A stretch of 64,000 nt of DNA from the IMG/VR virus record IMGVR_UViG_3300032236_001024, positions 1-64,000 of that record. The stretch is one strand, 5' to 3'. This DNA comes from a virus. Its lineage: Duplodnaviria > Caudoviricetes. Shown piece after piece: positions 44,270 through 55,347 of this stretch. How positions within the stretch are numbered: the first letter of the stretch is position 1; each line of letters opens with the position of its first letter. The notes below the pieces were generated by a model. That model was not told the DNA's origin. It saw only the letters and a program-made list of their open reading frames with translations, and made no database searches. Both the position numbers and the translations under genes were made by a program.

Positions 44270-47230
44270 ATGGCTGAGTTACAAACGAATTTTAATATAG
44301 CACCATTCTATGATGACTATGATGAGGATAAACAGTATTATAGAATTCTGTTTCGTCCTGCCACGGCTGTACAAGCTAGAGAATTGACTCAGCTTCAGAC
44401 TATTCTTCAGAAGCAAATTTCTAGATTTGGAAATAGTATATACAAAGACGGTTCGATCATCGAAGGTTGTGCCTTTATGCGTTCTTCTTTTTATCAGGTA
44501 AAAATTAAAGACAATACTACATCTACAATCGATTTTAATATTATTGTAAATGATGACAATGATGTTGCCAATAGTTATTTACTTGTTTCCAATACAACTG
44601 GAGTTAGAGCAGCTGTATTTAAAGCTTATGCTGGTGCAGAAGATGTTGTGAACCATGGATCGTTAGATACTAATAGGGCTTATGTAAGATATGTAACTTC
44701 AGGCAATAATGCTGGAATAGAAGTTTCACAATTCCAATCTAATGAACAGATTGATGTTTATACCCCAGCACAAGATAAAACTGGTATTTTAAATCCTGCT
44801 AATAAATTGGGTTACATTTATTCTGTAACTTCAAATAGTCTTATTAATGCTATCAGCACTGGATATGGATTGCGTGTAAGTACTGGATCGATATATCAAA
44901 AAGGGTATTTCTTAAAAGTTCTTCCAGCAAGCACTATTATTAAAGAAAATAGTTCAAATGCAGCTGGCATGGTTGTTGGGTTTGACACTAAGGAATATAT
45001 TATTTCTCCGGTAGAAGACGAATCATTGTATGATAATTCTATTGGCAGCACAAATTATAATGCTCCAGGTGCTTATAGACTTAAGCTTGTACCAGAAATA
45101 GTAGCATATGATAAATCAAATAGTGAAGTAATTATTCCTAAAAATTTCTTGACTCTCCTTGAATTTGATGGTGGAGACGGAAGAGTAGTTGAAAACAATA
45201 CTACTCCTCAGTATAGCCTAATTATGGATGAAATGGCAAAAAGAACAGCGGAAGAATCTGGTGATTATGTCATTAAGCCATTCCAAACAGATGTTATTTC
45301 GCATGGAACAAATGCCAATCTATTCTATTATAATGTTTCCGCAGGAATTGGATATGTTGATGGATATAGAGTAGAATTCCTTTCACCAAGAAAGATTTTG
45401 GCTCCTAGAGCTATTACTACAAATTCGCTTTCTAGTCAAATTGTTACTGCAAGCTTTGGCAATTATATTCAAGTAAATAACGTATCAGGCGTTTTTGATT
45501 ATAACAATCTTCAAGAAATGGCAATATATAGTGCACCTCAAAGTGTTTTAGCTAATAATCAGACAAGATCATCTGCAACTGGCACACAAGTCGGGACTGC
45601 AAATATCAGAGCCATGAAGTATGATAGCGGTCGTAAAGGCACACCAAGTGGCGTTCACAATTTTTATATATTTAACATAAAAATGAATGCTGGATATAAT
45701 TTTCAAAAGGATGCAAAGAGTTTTGTTGTAACATCTGCAAACAATTCAAATCCAGATGCCCCAATCAATTCTTTTGCTGACATAGTTACTGATATTAATG
45801 GTAAAGCAAATATAATTGATAGTGCTCTTGCTATTTCAGTTTTTGATACTGGTTTGCCAAGTGTTAAAAGTCTAACAAATTCTAATGGTGAAAACAATAC
45901 AAAATTTGTATATAAGACACTATTAAAACAAACTCTAGCACCTTCAAATGGTAGGGCTACAGCAACATTTTCACCCAATGGTTCAGACAAATTTAATTAT
46001 GGTATAGGACAACTAACCGATAGTGAAACAAATGATATAGATTTTATTTTTGGTTCAGACGGAATTTCTCAACCTGTTATAACTACAACTACTATCGGTG
46101 GTGTATCAAATACAACATGCTCTAATGTAGTATCAACTACCGATTTTACAGGTGTATTTAATGTTGGTCAAGGAATTCAACTTAAAAATACTTCAACTTC
46201 GGCTGTATCTTATCATACAATCAAATCGATAAACACGGCAAATTCAATTACAATTACACCAAATACATCACTTACTGGAACTTTATCACTTCAAAAATTT
46301 ATAAAGGCTGGTACATTGGTTGATATGTCTGGTGCTGGCAACACATTTACAATTAATAGTTTGACTAATGCCACATTGATGTTTGAATTTGATCCAGTAT
46401 CTCCTTATCCTAGCATTATTGCTGCAATTCCAGCAACTAAATCATATTCTCAGGGTATTGAAAAAGTTGTTCATAAGAATAGTTATGTAAAAATAGATTG
46501 TTCGACTCATACAAATACTACAAGAGGACCATGGACACTTGGTCTTCCAGATGTTTATAAAATTGCCAATGTTCATTTTGGCACTGATTATTCGGAAAGC
46601 AATGTTGATAAGAAAGATTGGTTCTATTTAAATAATGGTCAGACAGATTCATATTATGGATTATCACAACTTGTTCTAAATCCAAAATATGCTGGAAGCT
46701 TATCATCATCTTCTAAATTGCTTGTAAAGCTAGATCATTTCACTGCAAATATTACTGCGACTAAAGCAGGATTCTTTAGTGTGGATTCTTATCCAATTGA
46801 TGATACGGATACTGCAGATATAGCATCAACAATCAAGACGGCAGAAGTTCCTGTTTATGTTGATACTTCATTAGTTGCACATGATTTGAGAAATAATATT
46901 GACTTTAGATTCTTCATGGCGAACACTGCAAATGTTGCATCTAGTATATCAAATGCAACAATCAATCCTCCTGTAAATGAAAAAACATTTGTTAAGGGTC
47001 TTTCTGGACAGCAAGTTGTTCCATTGACAGAAGAAAATGTTGTATATGATGTGACATTCTATATGCCAAGAAGTGATATCCTCATGATAACAAGAGATGG
47101 AAGCCTAGATATTAAACTTGGATTGCCAGCTTTAAAGCCACAGCTTCCAACCATAAATAAAACAGGTATGCCAATTGCACAAATTTATGTTCCACCATAT
47201 CCATCATTAACATTTAAAGAAGCAGAATAA
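44270..47230 (+). CDS. Large virion structural protein, DUF4815/VrlC-like, N-terminal part
   Basis: NFNIAPFYDDYDEDKQYYRILFRP..AVQARELTQLQTILQKQI, YNAPGA.R and RTAEESGDY. Confidence 0.85.
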   Translation: MAELQTNFNIAPFYDDYDEDKQYYRILFRPATAVQARELTQLQTILQKQISRFGNSIYKDGSIIEGCAFMRSSFYQVKIKDNTTSTIDFNIIVNDDNDVANSYLLVSNTTGVRAAVFKAYAGAEDVVNHGSLDTNRAYVRYVTSGNNAGIEVSQFQSNEQIDVYTPAQDKTGILNPANKLGYIYSVTSNSLINAISTGYGLRVSTGSIYQKGYFLKVLPASTIIKENSSNAAGMVVGFDTKEYIISPVEDESLYDNSIGSTNYNAPGAYRLKLVPEIVAYDKSNSEVIIPKNFLTLLEFDGGDGRVVENNTTPQYSLIMDEMAKRTAEESGDYVIKPFQTDVISHGTNANLFYYNVSAGIGYVDGYRVEFLSPRKILAPRAITTNSLSSQIVTASFGNYIQVNNVSGVFDYNNLQEMAIYSAPQSVLANNQTRSSATGTQVGTANIRAMKYDSGRKGTPSGVHNFYIFNIKMNAGYNFQKDAKSFVVTSANNSNPDAPINSFADIVTDINGKANIIDSALAISVFDTGLPSVKSLTNSNGENNTKFVYKTLLKQTLAPSNGRATATFSPNGSDKFNYGIGQLTDSETNDIDFIFGSDGISQPVITTTTIGGVSNTTCSNVVSTTDFTGVFNVGQGIQLKNTSTSAVSYHTIKSINTANSITITPNTSLTGTLSLQKFIKAGTLVDMSGAGNTFTINSLTNATLMFEFDPVSPYPSIIAAIPATKSYSQGIEKVVHKNSYVKIDCSTHTNTTRGPWTLGLPDVYKIANVHFGTDYSESNVDKKDWFYLNNGQTDSYYGLSQLVLNPKYAGSLSSSSKLLVKLDHFTANITATKAGFFSVDSYPIDDTDTADIASTIKTAEVPVYVDTSLVAHDLRNNIDFRFFMANTANVASSISNATINPPVNEKTFVKGLSGQQVVPLTEENVVYDVTFYMPRSDILMITRDGSLDIKLGLPALKPQLPTINKTGMPIAQIYVPPYPSLTFKEAE

Positions 47231-50200
47231 TGACATATAATAGAAAAGACCTTGCAGTTCAAGTTGATATTAAATCAATCAAAGGATATACAATGCGTGA
47301 AATTGGCGCATTGGAAGAAAGAATCAAGAGACTTGAATATTATACAGTTCTTAATGCTCTTGAATTAGAGACAAGAGCACTTTCAATTAAAGATGATACA
47401 GGAACATTAGAACGTTTTAAGAATGGTATTTTTGCTGATCCTTTTAATGATTTTACTATCGGAAATAAAGACGATAAAGAATTTCGTATAGCAATACAAG
47501 GTTCTAAATCTATTGCAAGACCTTTGTTTGAAGAAAATATTCATTCATTTAAGTACTCCCCTTCATATAGTTCAAACATAAAAGTATCTGGTCATCTGGC
47601 AATTCTAGATTATGACCATGAATATTATGGCGGAAATAAGTATGCTACAAGCTATAGAAACTGTGCAGAGTTTTTCTACAAGTATAATGGCAGTTTAACA
47701 CTTTATCCAAATTTTGATAATAGAACTGTAGCAACTACAACAGACGCTCAGATGGTTACAATTGATTTGACTAAAGGGTTTACTGATCTTATAGCAACTG
47801 GTATTGCAAAAAATATTGATACTGTAACTAATGGTTCTACTATTTCTGGGTCTACTACTTCTGATTGGAATGGTGGTGGTTCAAAAACTACGAATCACTG
47901 GACAGAAACAGCTACAAAAACTATTACAGATATTGCAGTAACAACTGGAACTGCAAATCTTACACAGGATGTTGGAACATATGTCACTAATGTTGCTTCT
48001 CTTCCATATATGAGAAGTAGACTTATCGCATGTGTTGCTAGAGGTATGCGTCCAAATACCAGATTGTATGTTTATTTTGATAAATTGGCGGTTTCTGTTA
48101 TGTGTGCTCCAGCATATGTATCATCTTTATATGCTACAAACAATAGAATTGATTCTACTAAAATGGAACCTCTTATAGCCAATGGCAAAGAGAATGAAGT
48201 ATTAGTACAAAATGGTAAATTTGGCGATCCTATAATTTCTAACGCTTATGGTGAAGCATATTTTATCTTCTCTCTTCCTGAAAATACTTTCAGAGGTGGT
48301 GATAGAACTATGATTCTAACCAACGTTGATAGTGTTGCTGCAGAAGATGCCGTTATTACTAGAACTGAGGCAGTTTATACTTCTTCTTCTCTTGCTGTTA
48401 CACAAAACAGTCTTAAGTTCCAAATACAACAGCCAAAATTTACTCCAACTAATATATCTACACCTGTTATTGTAAGAGAATGGGATACATCAACTTATCA
48501 GGAACCTCCATCTGCATATGTTCCTTATGTTCCAGGTGATGTTGGTGGATTTGCAGATGGTGGATGGGTAGCATCCGATTCTGGTAATTGTGGTGGTGAT
48601 GGAGGAGGTGGCGGTGATGGCGGTGGCGGTTGTGGTGATGATCCAATTGCCGAAACATTTGAAATTGCTGATTTATCATCTGTATCTCAACCTGGCATAT
48701 ATCTAACACAGATTGGTGTGTTTTTCAAAAAGAAAAGTCCTACACTAGGTATTAGATGCAGTATCATGGGCACAAACCTTGGGCAACCAGACAGAAATCA
48801 AATTCTTGGATCAGTAGAATTATTACCACAATATGTTTCTGTGAGTGATGATTCTAGTGTAGAAACTTTATTTACTTTTAATAACCCTGTTCTTCTTCAA
48901 GCAGATAAACAATATGCTTTTGTATTGATGCCAGAAGGAAGTAATCCAGATTATGAAATATGGTATTCTGAAATTGGTGGAACAGATATTCTTTCTGGTA
49001 CAGATATCAATAAACAACCATTCAATGGATTGATGTATATCTCTTCTAATAATAGAGGATGGAGTGCAGTACAATCTTCAGATATCAAATTTAATATGTA
49101 TAGAGCTAGATTTAAATATGATACTGGCACACTTTCATTGAGAAATGAGACAGAAGATTATTTAACTCTTAGTGCATATTTAAGAGCCAATACTTCAAAT
49201 CCTGTAAGAGTTGGTGACGTTGTTTATGCAGCAAACACTGCAAATACACGACAAACATTTACAGATACATCACAATATCCATTTGGTATTGTAGAAGCTG
49301 TCGATGAATTGAATGGTAAGTTGATCTTGGAAAAGACAAATGGTCTATTCAGTAATACAACTTATCCAAATCTTAAAATTTATAGAGTATCACAAGTTGG
49401 AAATGTTGCTCAAATAACTCTTTCAAATCTAGTCGCAAACTGTACACTAGGATCAATTGATGATATTCAATATCATAATATAGTTCCAAAATTCAATATT
49501 ATTGAACCAAGTGGCACTTCAATAAAAATGTCATATACTGGTTCGAGTAACAGTTATTACAATTATACAAAAGACAATGATTCTCATATTGTAAAAAATG
49601 AATCATTATATGAATTTAGCGATTATGAAAGAATTCTTAGAAGTTATTCTAATGAAGTTGCTACCAACTCAGCAAATCCAAATTATTATATAAATGGAAC
49701 CGGAACAGCTGAAATAATCTTAAAAACATCTGATCCATATCTTTCACCAGTTGTTGATCTTAATGCAAGAACGATGAATTTTATTAAAAATATAATTAAT
49801 ACCGATTTGACTAATGAAGACACTCGTTATGGTAATGCATTAAACAAGTATATTTCTAAACCTGTCGTTCTTTCACAAGAAGCAGAAGATTTATTAGTTT
49901 ATATAACTGGCTATAGACCATATAGTACTGATATTTTAGTTTATGGAAAATTCTTAAATAAGAATGATACAGATAGTCTTGATTCAAAATCTTGGACATT
50001 AATGAATAACAATAATCTTGGAAGCTATGGTTCTCCACAAGACAGAGAAGATTATAGAGAATATGTATATTCAATGCCTATTTCTAATAATCAATTGATT
50101 GCTGCAACTTCAGTTCCAACGGCTGCTTTCCTTGATAAAGAATCGATTGATCCATTAAATGTTCTTACATATTATGATACAAGAACAGAATTTTATACAG

Positions 50201-50298
50201 GATATAATTCTTTTGCTATTAAGATAGTTCTTACTGGTTCAAATCCTGTAAATATTCCAACAATGCGTGATGTACGAGCAATTGCTCTTATGAGGTAA
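47230..50298 (+). CDS. Large virion structural protein, DUF4815/VrlC-like, C-terminal part
   Basis: YTMREIGALEERIKRLEYY, RFKNGIFADPF, DPIAETF, DIKFNMYRARF and FAIKIVL...P.MRDVRAIAL. Confidence 0.85.
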   Translation: MTYNRKDLAVQVDIKSIKGYTMREIGALEERIKRLEYYTVLNALELETRALSIKDDTGTLERFKNGIFADPFNDFTIGNKDDKEFRIAIQGSKSIARPLFEENIHSFKYSPSYSSNIKVSGHLAILDYDHEYYGGNKYATSYRNCAEFFYKYNGSLTLYPNFDNRTVATTTDAQMVTIDLTKGFTDLIATGIAKNIDTVTNGSTISGSTTSDWNGGGSKTTNHWTETATKTITDIAVTTGTANLTQDVGTYVTNVASLPYMRSRLIACVARGMRPNTRLYVYFDKLAVSVMCAPAYVSSLYATNNRIDSTKMEPLIANGKENEVLVQNGKFGDPIISNAYGEAYFIFSLPENTFRGGDRTMILTNVDSVAAEDAVITRTEAVYTSSSLAVTQNSLKFQIQQPKFTPTNISTPVIVREWDTSTYQEPPSAYVPYVPGDVGGFADGGWVASDSGNCGGDGGGGGDGGGGCGDDPIAETFEIADLSSVSQPGIYLTQIGVFFKKKSPTLGIRCSIMGTNLGQPDRNQILGSVELLPQYVSVSDDSSVETLFTFNNPVLLQADKQYAFVLMPEGSNPDYEIWYSEIGGTDILSGTDINKQPFNGLMYISSNNRGWSAVQSSDIKFNMYRARFKYDTGTLSLRNETEDYLTLSAYLRANTSNPVRVGDVVYAANTANTRQTFTDTSQYPFGIVEAVDELNGKLILEKTNGLFSNTTYPNLKIYRVSQVGNVAQITLSNLVANCTLGSIDDIQYHNIVPKFNIIEPSGTSIKMSYTGSSNSYYNYTKDNDSHIVKNESLYEFSDYERILRSYSNEVATNSANPNYYINGTGTAEIILKTSDPYLSPVVDLNARTMNFIKNIINTDLTNEDTRYGNALNKYISKPVVLSQEAEDLLVYITGYRPYSTDILVYGKFLNKNDTDSLDSKSWTLMNNNNLGSYGSPQDREDYREYVYSMPISNNQLIAATSVPTAAFLDKESIDPLNVLTYYDTRTEFYTGYNSFAIKIVLTGSNPVNIPTMRDVRAIALMR

Positions 50299-50302
50299 AA
50301 TT

Positions 50303-50530
50303 ATGTCAATTGAAAACAGCAACGAAGGATTTATCAGATCAAGAATAAATAAGGGTGCATTGGTAAATGCAGATCATGATAATTATGTTGCTTATAAAAA
50401 GCAAAGACAACATTTAGCTGAAGTTAATGGTAATATTAGTAAAATAAATAATTTAGAAAATGAATTAGGCAGTATAAAAGAAGAAATGACAGAAATAAAG
50501 CAACTTTTACTTAAGGTACTCAATAAATGA
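50303..50530 (+). CDS. Small coiled-coil structural protein
   Basis: 75 aa with a coiled-coil C-terminal half; typical follower of DUF4815-like genes. Confidence 0.7.
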   Translation: MSIENSNEGFIRSRINKGALVNADHDNYVAYKKQRQHLAEVNGNISKINNLENELGSIKEEMTEIKQLLLKVLNK

Positions 50531-52407
50531 CTATATACATTCCAAGTGTAAATACTTCAACAGATAGCTTTTTAATGTGGATTAACAATTCCAATAAAGC
50601 TTTCTCTGCTTTAAGTAATAATGCTGTCACCACAAATTCTAATAATGCTATTGGTAATTCTGGAATTACAGGACTATTCACTGCAAATGCTCTATTTGCA
50701 AATATTTCATTTAATATTGGGTATAGCACTCAAAATGTTGTTATGTCTAATACTAGCCTTATATTCAATAGTACATCTACAATTAATACTGTTTATACTA
50801 GAGATGGGTTTACTATTAATACAGCCGGAAGTAATACCAGATATACTGGCGCTTCATTAAGTATTGCTGGCACAACAAATGTTAATAGTACTAACGTAAC
50901 TTCAATTAATGCTACATTTTCTAATACAATTGTTGTTGGTAACACAATTATTACTAGAAGTAATATTACAGCAGATACTATTTCTTTTAAAGCATTTAGT
51001 GCAATTTCAGCATTAAAATTTCCTGGAGTTGAAGCTAATTCATCCTTTGATTATTATGGATTAAGATTAAATTGGACTCCAAGTAATGGTCCACCAGCCA
51101 ATACATTTATAAATGGTCAAGGACTTATTACTAGCGGTGACGTAACTGCAAATAATTTTTATGCTAAAAATAATTTTTATATGAGACAGCCTGATGGTGG
51201 TTATGTAAAAGCCTTTACATTACAAACTACAACCACAACTACTACAACAACTCCTCCTTCAGGACCACCTGTAACAACTACAACTACAAAATCAACAGTT
51301 GTCAATGAATCTAATACTGTTTTTGTAAGTCAAAACAATTATTTCTCATATGGGTTAACTTCAAATGGAAATGTTGGTATTGCTGTAGGTATTCCAGATT
51401 TTAAAGGATTGTCACCATTACATATTGCCAGACAACGTACTAGTGGAATTAAAGCATTAAACACTGATAGTATGGCAGTCATAGAATCGGATACTTTAAA
51501 TACATTTGTTGAATTTAGACATAAGGATTCGGTTGGTTCTTCATCTGGTATGATATTTGTTGATACAAGTCAATCAGGTTATTTGGTATATAATACAAAT
51601 TATGGTTCACAAGGCGGAACATTAAGAGCAGGTGCATACAACGCAATAAATTTTGAAGTTGGTGGTACAGACACATTATTTGCAAATGGTGTCGCAAGCA
51701 AACCAGTAATTATGCAAGTATCTCCATCTTATGTTTCTTCAAACGTAGCACTAAGATTGAATGGTTCTACTTCTAGTTATACAGAACTTGTTTCAAATGC
51801 TTCACCAACTGCAGGTGGAATAAGATTTACATTACCTAGCAACACTGGAACAGCCAATTTTGTTATGACTGCTACTGATGGAGCAGGAAAACTTGGCTGG
51901 GCAAATGCAGCTGTTCTTATCACTGGTTCATCTTTAAGTCTCAATACCTTTACTACTAGTTTAAATGGTGTGATTGGAACTAGTCTCAAAGTTCAAACAA
52001 GTTTAGGTGTAGGAACAGAACCATCTGGCGTAGCTGGCGAAATTCGTGCAACAGATGATATTACTGCATTCTTTTCGTCTGACATATCACTCAAGACAAA
52101 CATTAAACCAATTGAAAATGCTCTTGAAAAAATTGATCAAATAAATGGTGTTTCATTTGATTGGACTGATTCACATCTTATTGAACATGGTGGCGAAGAC
52201 GATTACTTCAATAGAAAGCATGACGTAGGTGTTATTGCTCAAGAAATTGAAAAGGTTCTACCAGAAGTCGTTGGTACAAGAGAAAATGGAATTAAAGCTG
52301 TTAAATATGATAGAATTGTTGCCTTACTTATTCAGGGCATTAAAGAATTGAAGTCGGAGCTTGATGAGGTAAAAAGCAAGAATTGTTGTTCTTGTGGAGG
52401 CAAGTAA
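50527..52407 (+). CDS. Tail fibre with a C-terminal intramolecular chaperone (peptidase S74)
   Basis: AFFSSDISLKTNIKPIENAL, GVSFDW, GVIAQEIEKVLPEVV and YDRIVALLIQGIKEL. Confidence 0.88.
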   Translation: MTIYIPSVNTSTDSFLMWINNSNKAFSALSNNAVTTNSNNAIGNSGITGLFTANALFANISFNIGYSTQNVVMSNTSLIFNSTSTINTVYTRDGFTINTAGSNTRYTGASLSIAGTTNVNSTNVTSINATFSNTIVVGNTIITRSNITADTISFKAFSAISALKFPGVEANSSFDYYGLRLNWTPSNGPPANTFINGQGLITSGDVTANNFYAKNNFYMRQPDGGYVKAFTLQTTTTTTTTTPPSGPPVTTTTTKSTVVNESNTVFVSQNNYFSYGLTSNGNVGIAVGIPDFKGLSPLHIARQRTSGIKALNTDSMAVIESDTLNTFVEFRHKDSVGSSSGMIFVDTSQSGYLVYNTNYGSQGGTLRAGAYNAINFEVGGTDTLFANGVASKPVIMQVSPSYVSSNVALRLNGSTSSYTELVSNASPTAGGIRFTLPSNTGTANFVMTATDGAGKLGWANAAVLITGSSLSLNTFTTSLNGVIGTSLKVQTSLGVGTEPSGVAGEIRATDDITAFFSSDISLKTNIKPIENALEKIDQINGVSFDWTDSHLIEHGGEDDYFNRKHDVGVIAQEIEKVLPEVVGTRENGIKAVKYDRIVALLIQGIKELKSELDEVKSKNCCSCGGK

Positions 52408-52410
52408 CGC

Positions 52411-55005
52411 ATGACTATCGCACCAGTAAATGTATCAGCTTCAGTAGTTAGTGATGAAGGTGGCTACGAAAGAAACCCAACAGAACTTAAAAATAATGTA
52501 GTTGTAAATAAAAGACCCTTTTCTTTCGGTCAGCATTGGCCTAATGTTATAGAAAGAGATGGCGATGTTGCATTATCAATGTCAAAATTGAAAAATAAGG
52601 TAGTGGCATATAATGTATATGCTTCTGGGTACAAAGCTGAATATCCTTATAACTCAACTCCAGTAATAAGAATTGGTGATAATGCAACTGACACTGATTC
52701 TGGTTTATTTCCATATATGACTGATAATGATTGGTTTTCAGTAGATGTTGCTTTTGTAGCAGAAACTCAATCAATGATATCTAATGAAGTTTTTAGAGTA
52801 TTTTTTAAATACAACTCAAATGGTTTGAATGATATTCCATATGTAAGCGATACAGTAACTTCAATTGTTGCCAAAGGAACTCAATCAAAAAAAGAATGGG
52901 TTACTTTAGGAGATACTAGAGTAGATTATGGAAATTTAGCTTTTATTAGTAGTGCTTTTGATCCTTATGGTATACCAGTAGGTGATAAAAAAGTAGATAG
53001 TTATGATTTATTACCTGATCCAGATTCTACTTTTTCTTCAATTTACACGTATTGGGTAAAGGTAAGTTTGCCTGGTGCAACAAATGAATTATATAGAAAA
53101 TATCAGGTAATGGATAGAAATCTTAATAGTTATGTTTGGCTTCCAGCATCACGTTCACCTAGTCCAGATTTAAATTATAGTGTATACCAAACTACCGGAA
53201 CAGGGACAACAAAAGCTATAATACCATCTAGTATTGGTGGTGATTTAAATGTTTTTGGTATAAATGAACCTTTACCAAGAGGAAATGCTACAGGTGTGGA
53301 TGGTGTATATCCATATTCTGTTGGTGATTATATTACAAAATTAGAATATAATTCTGATAAAAGATTGCAATATATGACATACCAACTACAAAGTGTTTCG
53401 GGTGCTGATTTAGAACCACAATTTAATCTTGTGTGGAAACAGGGCGAACAATATTTTGACAATTTTGATTCTTTTGTAGTTGCTACCGTTGGTCAACAAA
53501 CTACTTATCCATATCCATTAAAACATTTTACAAAGACAAGAGAAAATGTTCCAGAAAGTTCAACAACTGGTGGAACTATAATATATTCTTTACCAACTCA
53601 GCAATCTGAATATAGCTCATTTGTTGTTGGTCGTAAATATTATATAGAAAATTATGGTGCTTCAAACTATGGAACATTTACAGAATATACAATAACATCA
53701 ACAACAGCTTATACTTCAGCTACATCTTTACCAAAAGCAAATGTTGTTGGTCAAAGAGCTTTAGTAGGAACTGGATTTACTTCTACTTCAAAATATTATT
53801 GGTATACTGTTGAACGAGGCACAACAATAACCTCACCTGTTAATGCTAGTGGAAGTACTATAACAACACCTGTAGTTATTCCTATAAAAATATGGACTAG
53901 ATCAGCTACTTATGTAAATTCAATTTCGACGATAGATAAATTAGTAAAATCTTTACCGTTTGCAGATGAAAATCCTGTTGGAACTATTGTTTATATGGAT
54001 ACTGGTAGAGGTTATTTTGATCAATATAAAGTAGTATTAGCAAATCCTAGTAGTTATGAACCAAATGATCGATATGAAAACTTTGAAAATTATGGAAATT
54101 TTCAAACCAGTTATATTGGTGCGAGCAAATATGCTTATAAAGATGATGATGGAACAATTAAAGGATGCCAATACTATGAATGGAAAGGTAATAATGGAGG
54201 AACAACTAAAAAGAAATGGGTATTAACTGACAATTATGACCCAAATCTAAAAGTTGGTAATCCTATTAATTATGTTGCTGGAACTATCAATGATTTGCCA
54301 GACCCAAATCTATATTCTGTCGGAACTACAGTATTATATACAAATTTTGATCGTATAACGAATTATTATTCGGTCGATCTTGATACATCAAATACTAAAA
54401 ATATTTTATGTAAGGTATTTTATCATCCAAAAAATAAAGAGGTATGGGCATCTGCACAATATACTGGAGCATCTACTACTGCTGCAAATAGAAGATGCCA
54501 AGTAATTATAAGAAGAATACAATATTGGCCCCCAGGAACATCAACAATGGATCAAGATTATCCTGCTTATGCTAGTTATTATGGTTATACTCCATATTAT
54601 ACTAATATTGATCCTAAAATAGTAAGAGTATTTCAAGAAATTGATCATAGAGAACCAGATGAAACAACTGCAAAGGCTTATCAATCCTTACTTTCTAGTA
54701 ATCAAATGACTATAGATGGTATTGCAAATGAAAGAATAAATTTAAATCCAAGTGCAAATCCTTTAAATACTAGAATTTTTAATAGTAATCAAAAGCTTAG
54801 AGTAAAAATGGCTACAAGACTTGCAGCTTACAAATATAATGATCCACAACAATACCCATTGTATCCATGCATAACACATGTTAATTATTATGATGATGTT
54901 AAATGGAATGATCCAAGTCTTGGGTTAGGTTCAAAACCACCAAATAATATTACTACTGTCCCATCTGCCGAATGGACATTCGCCACTCGACCATTTACTG
55001 GATAA
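52411..55005 (+). CDS. Uncharacterised Tyr-rich fibre/adhesin-like protein
   Basis: 864-aa ORF with recurring LP...xVGxxxY motifs; follows the S74 fibre. Confidence 0.6.
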   Translation: MTIAPVNVSASVVSDEGGYERNPTELKNNVVVNKRPFSFGQHWPNVIERDGDVALSMSKLKNKVVAYNVYASGYKAEYPYNSTPVIRIGDNATDTDSGLFPYMTDNDWFSVDVAFVAETQSMISNEVFRVFFKYNSNGLNDIPYVSDTVTSIVAKGTQSKKEWVTLGDTRVDYGNLAFISSAFDPYGIPVGDKKVDSYDLLPDPDSTFSSIYTYWVKVSLPGATNELYRKYQVMDRNLNSYVWLPASRSPSPDLNYSVYQTTGTGTTKAIIPSSIGGDLNVFGINEPLPRGNATGVDGVYPYSVGDYITKLEYNSDKRLQYMTYQLQSVSGADLEPQFNLVWKQGEQYFDNFDSFVVATVGQQTTYPYPLKHFTKTRENVPESSTTGGTIIYSLPTQQSEYSSFVVGRKYYIENYGASNYGTFTEYTITSTTAYTSATSLPKANVVGQRALVGTGFTSTSKYYWYTVERGTTITSPVNASGSTITTPVVIPIKIWTRSATYVNSISTIDKLVKSLPFADENPVGTIVYMDTGRGYFDQYKVVLANPSSYEPNDRYENFENYGNFQTSYIGASKYAYKDDDGTIKGCQYYEWKGNNGGTTKKKWVLTDNYDPNLKVGNPINYVAGTINDLPDPNLYSVGTTVLYTNFDRITNYYSVDLDTSNTKNILCKVFYHPKNKEVWASAQYTGASTTAANRRCQVIIRRIQYWPPGTSTMDQDYPAYASYYGYTPYYTNIDPKIVRVFQEIDHREPDETTAKAYQSLLSSNQMTIDGIANERINLNPSANPLNTRIFNSNQKLRVKMATRLAAYKYNDPQQYPLYPCITHVNYYDDVKWNDPSLGLGSKPPNNITTVPSAEWTFATRPFTG

Positions 55006-55017
55006 TGGAAAATAAAA

Positions 55018-55347
55018 ATGTCAATAAAAACAAACTTAATAGTAGATCAAGGCGCAAATTTTGTTTACAATATCTATCTGATAGATGCTGATGGCAATCC
55101 TTTTAACATTTCAAATTATACTGCTAATGCTCAGATAAGAAGAACATATACTTCTTATTCATATGTAACGATGAATACTGCTATAACTGGTGTTTCTGGT
55201 CTTATTACTCTTTCTATGAATGCAGCAACGACAGCCAATCTTACAAATACTCGTTATGTATATGATCTTGAATTGAAGAATAGTGCGAATGTAGTTTCTA
55301 GAATTGTAGAAGGAACTGTAACAGTAAATCTTGGAGTGACACGATAA
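55018..55347 (+). CDS. Small Ig-like virion structural protein
   Basis: NLIVDQGANF, YVYDLEL and RIVEGTVTVNLGVTR. Confidence 0.75.
   Translation: MSIKTNLIVDQGANFVYNIYLIDADGNPFNISNYTANAQIRRTYTSYSYVTMNTAITGVSGLITLSMNAATTANLTNTRYVYDLELKNSANVVSRIVEGTVTVNLGVTR

Noticed and set aside
47205-47232. Programmed -1 frameshift joining the two DUF4815-like ORFs
   Set aside because: TTTAAAG is not in the required reading phase, and the -1 frame has a stop at 47215-47217.
48580-48640. GGTGGC-rich stretch as a special DNA element
   Set aside because: It encodes a Gly-rich variable loop (CGGDGGGGGDGGGGCG) just before the conserved DPIAETF motif.
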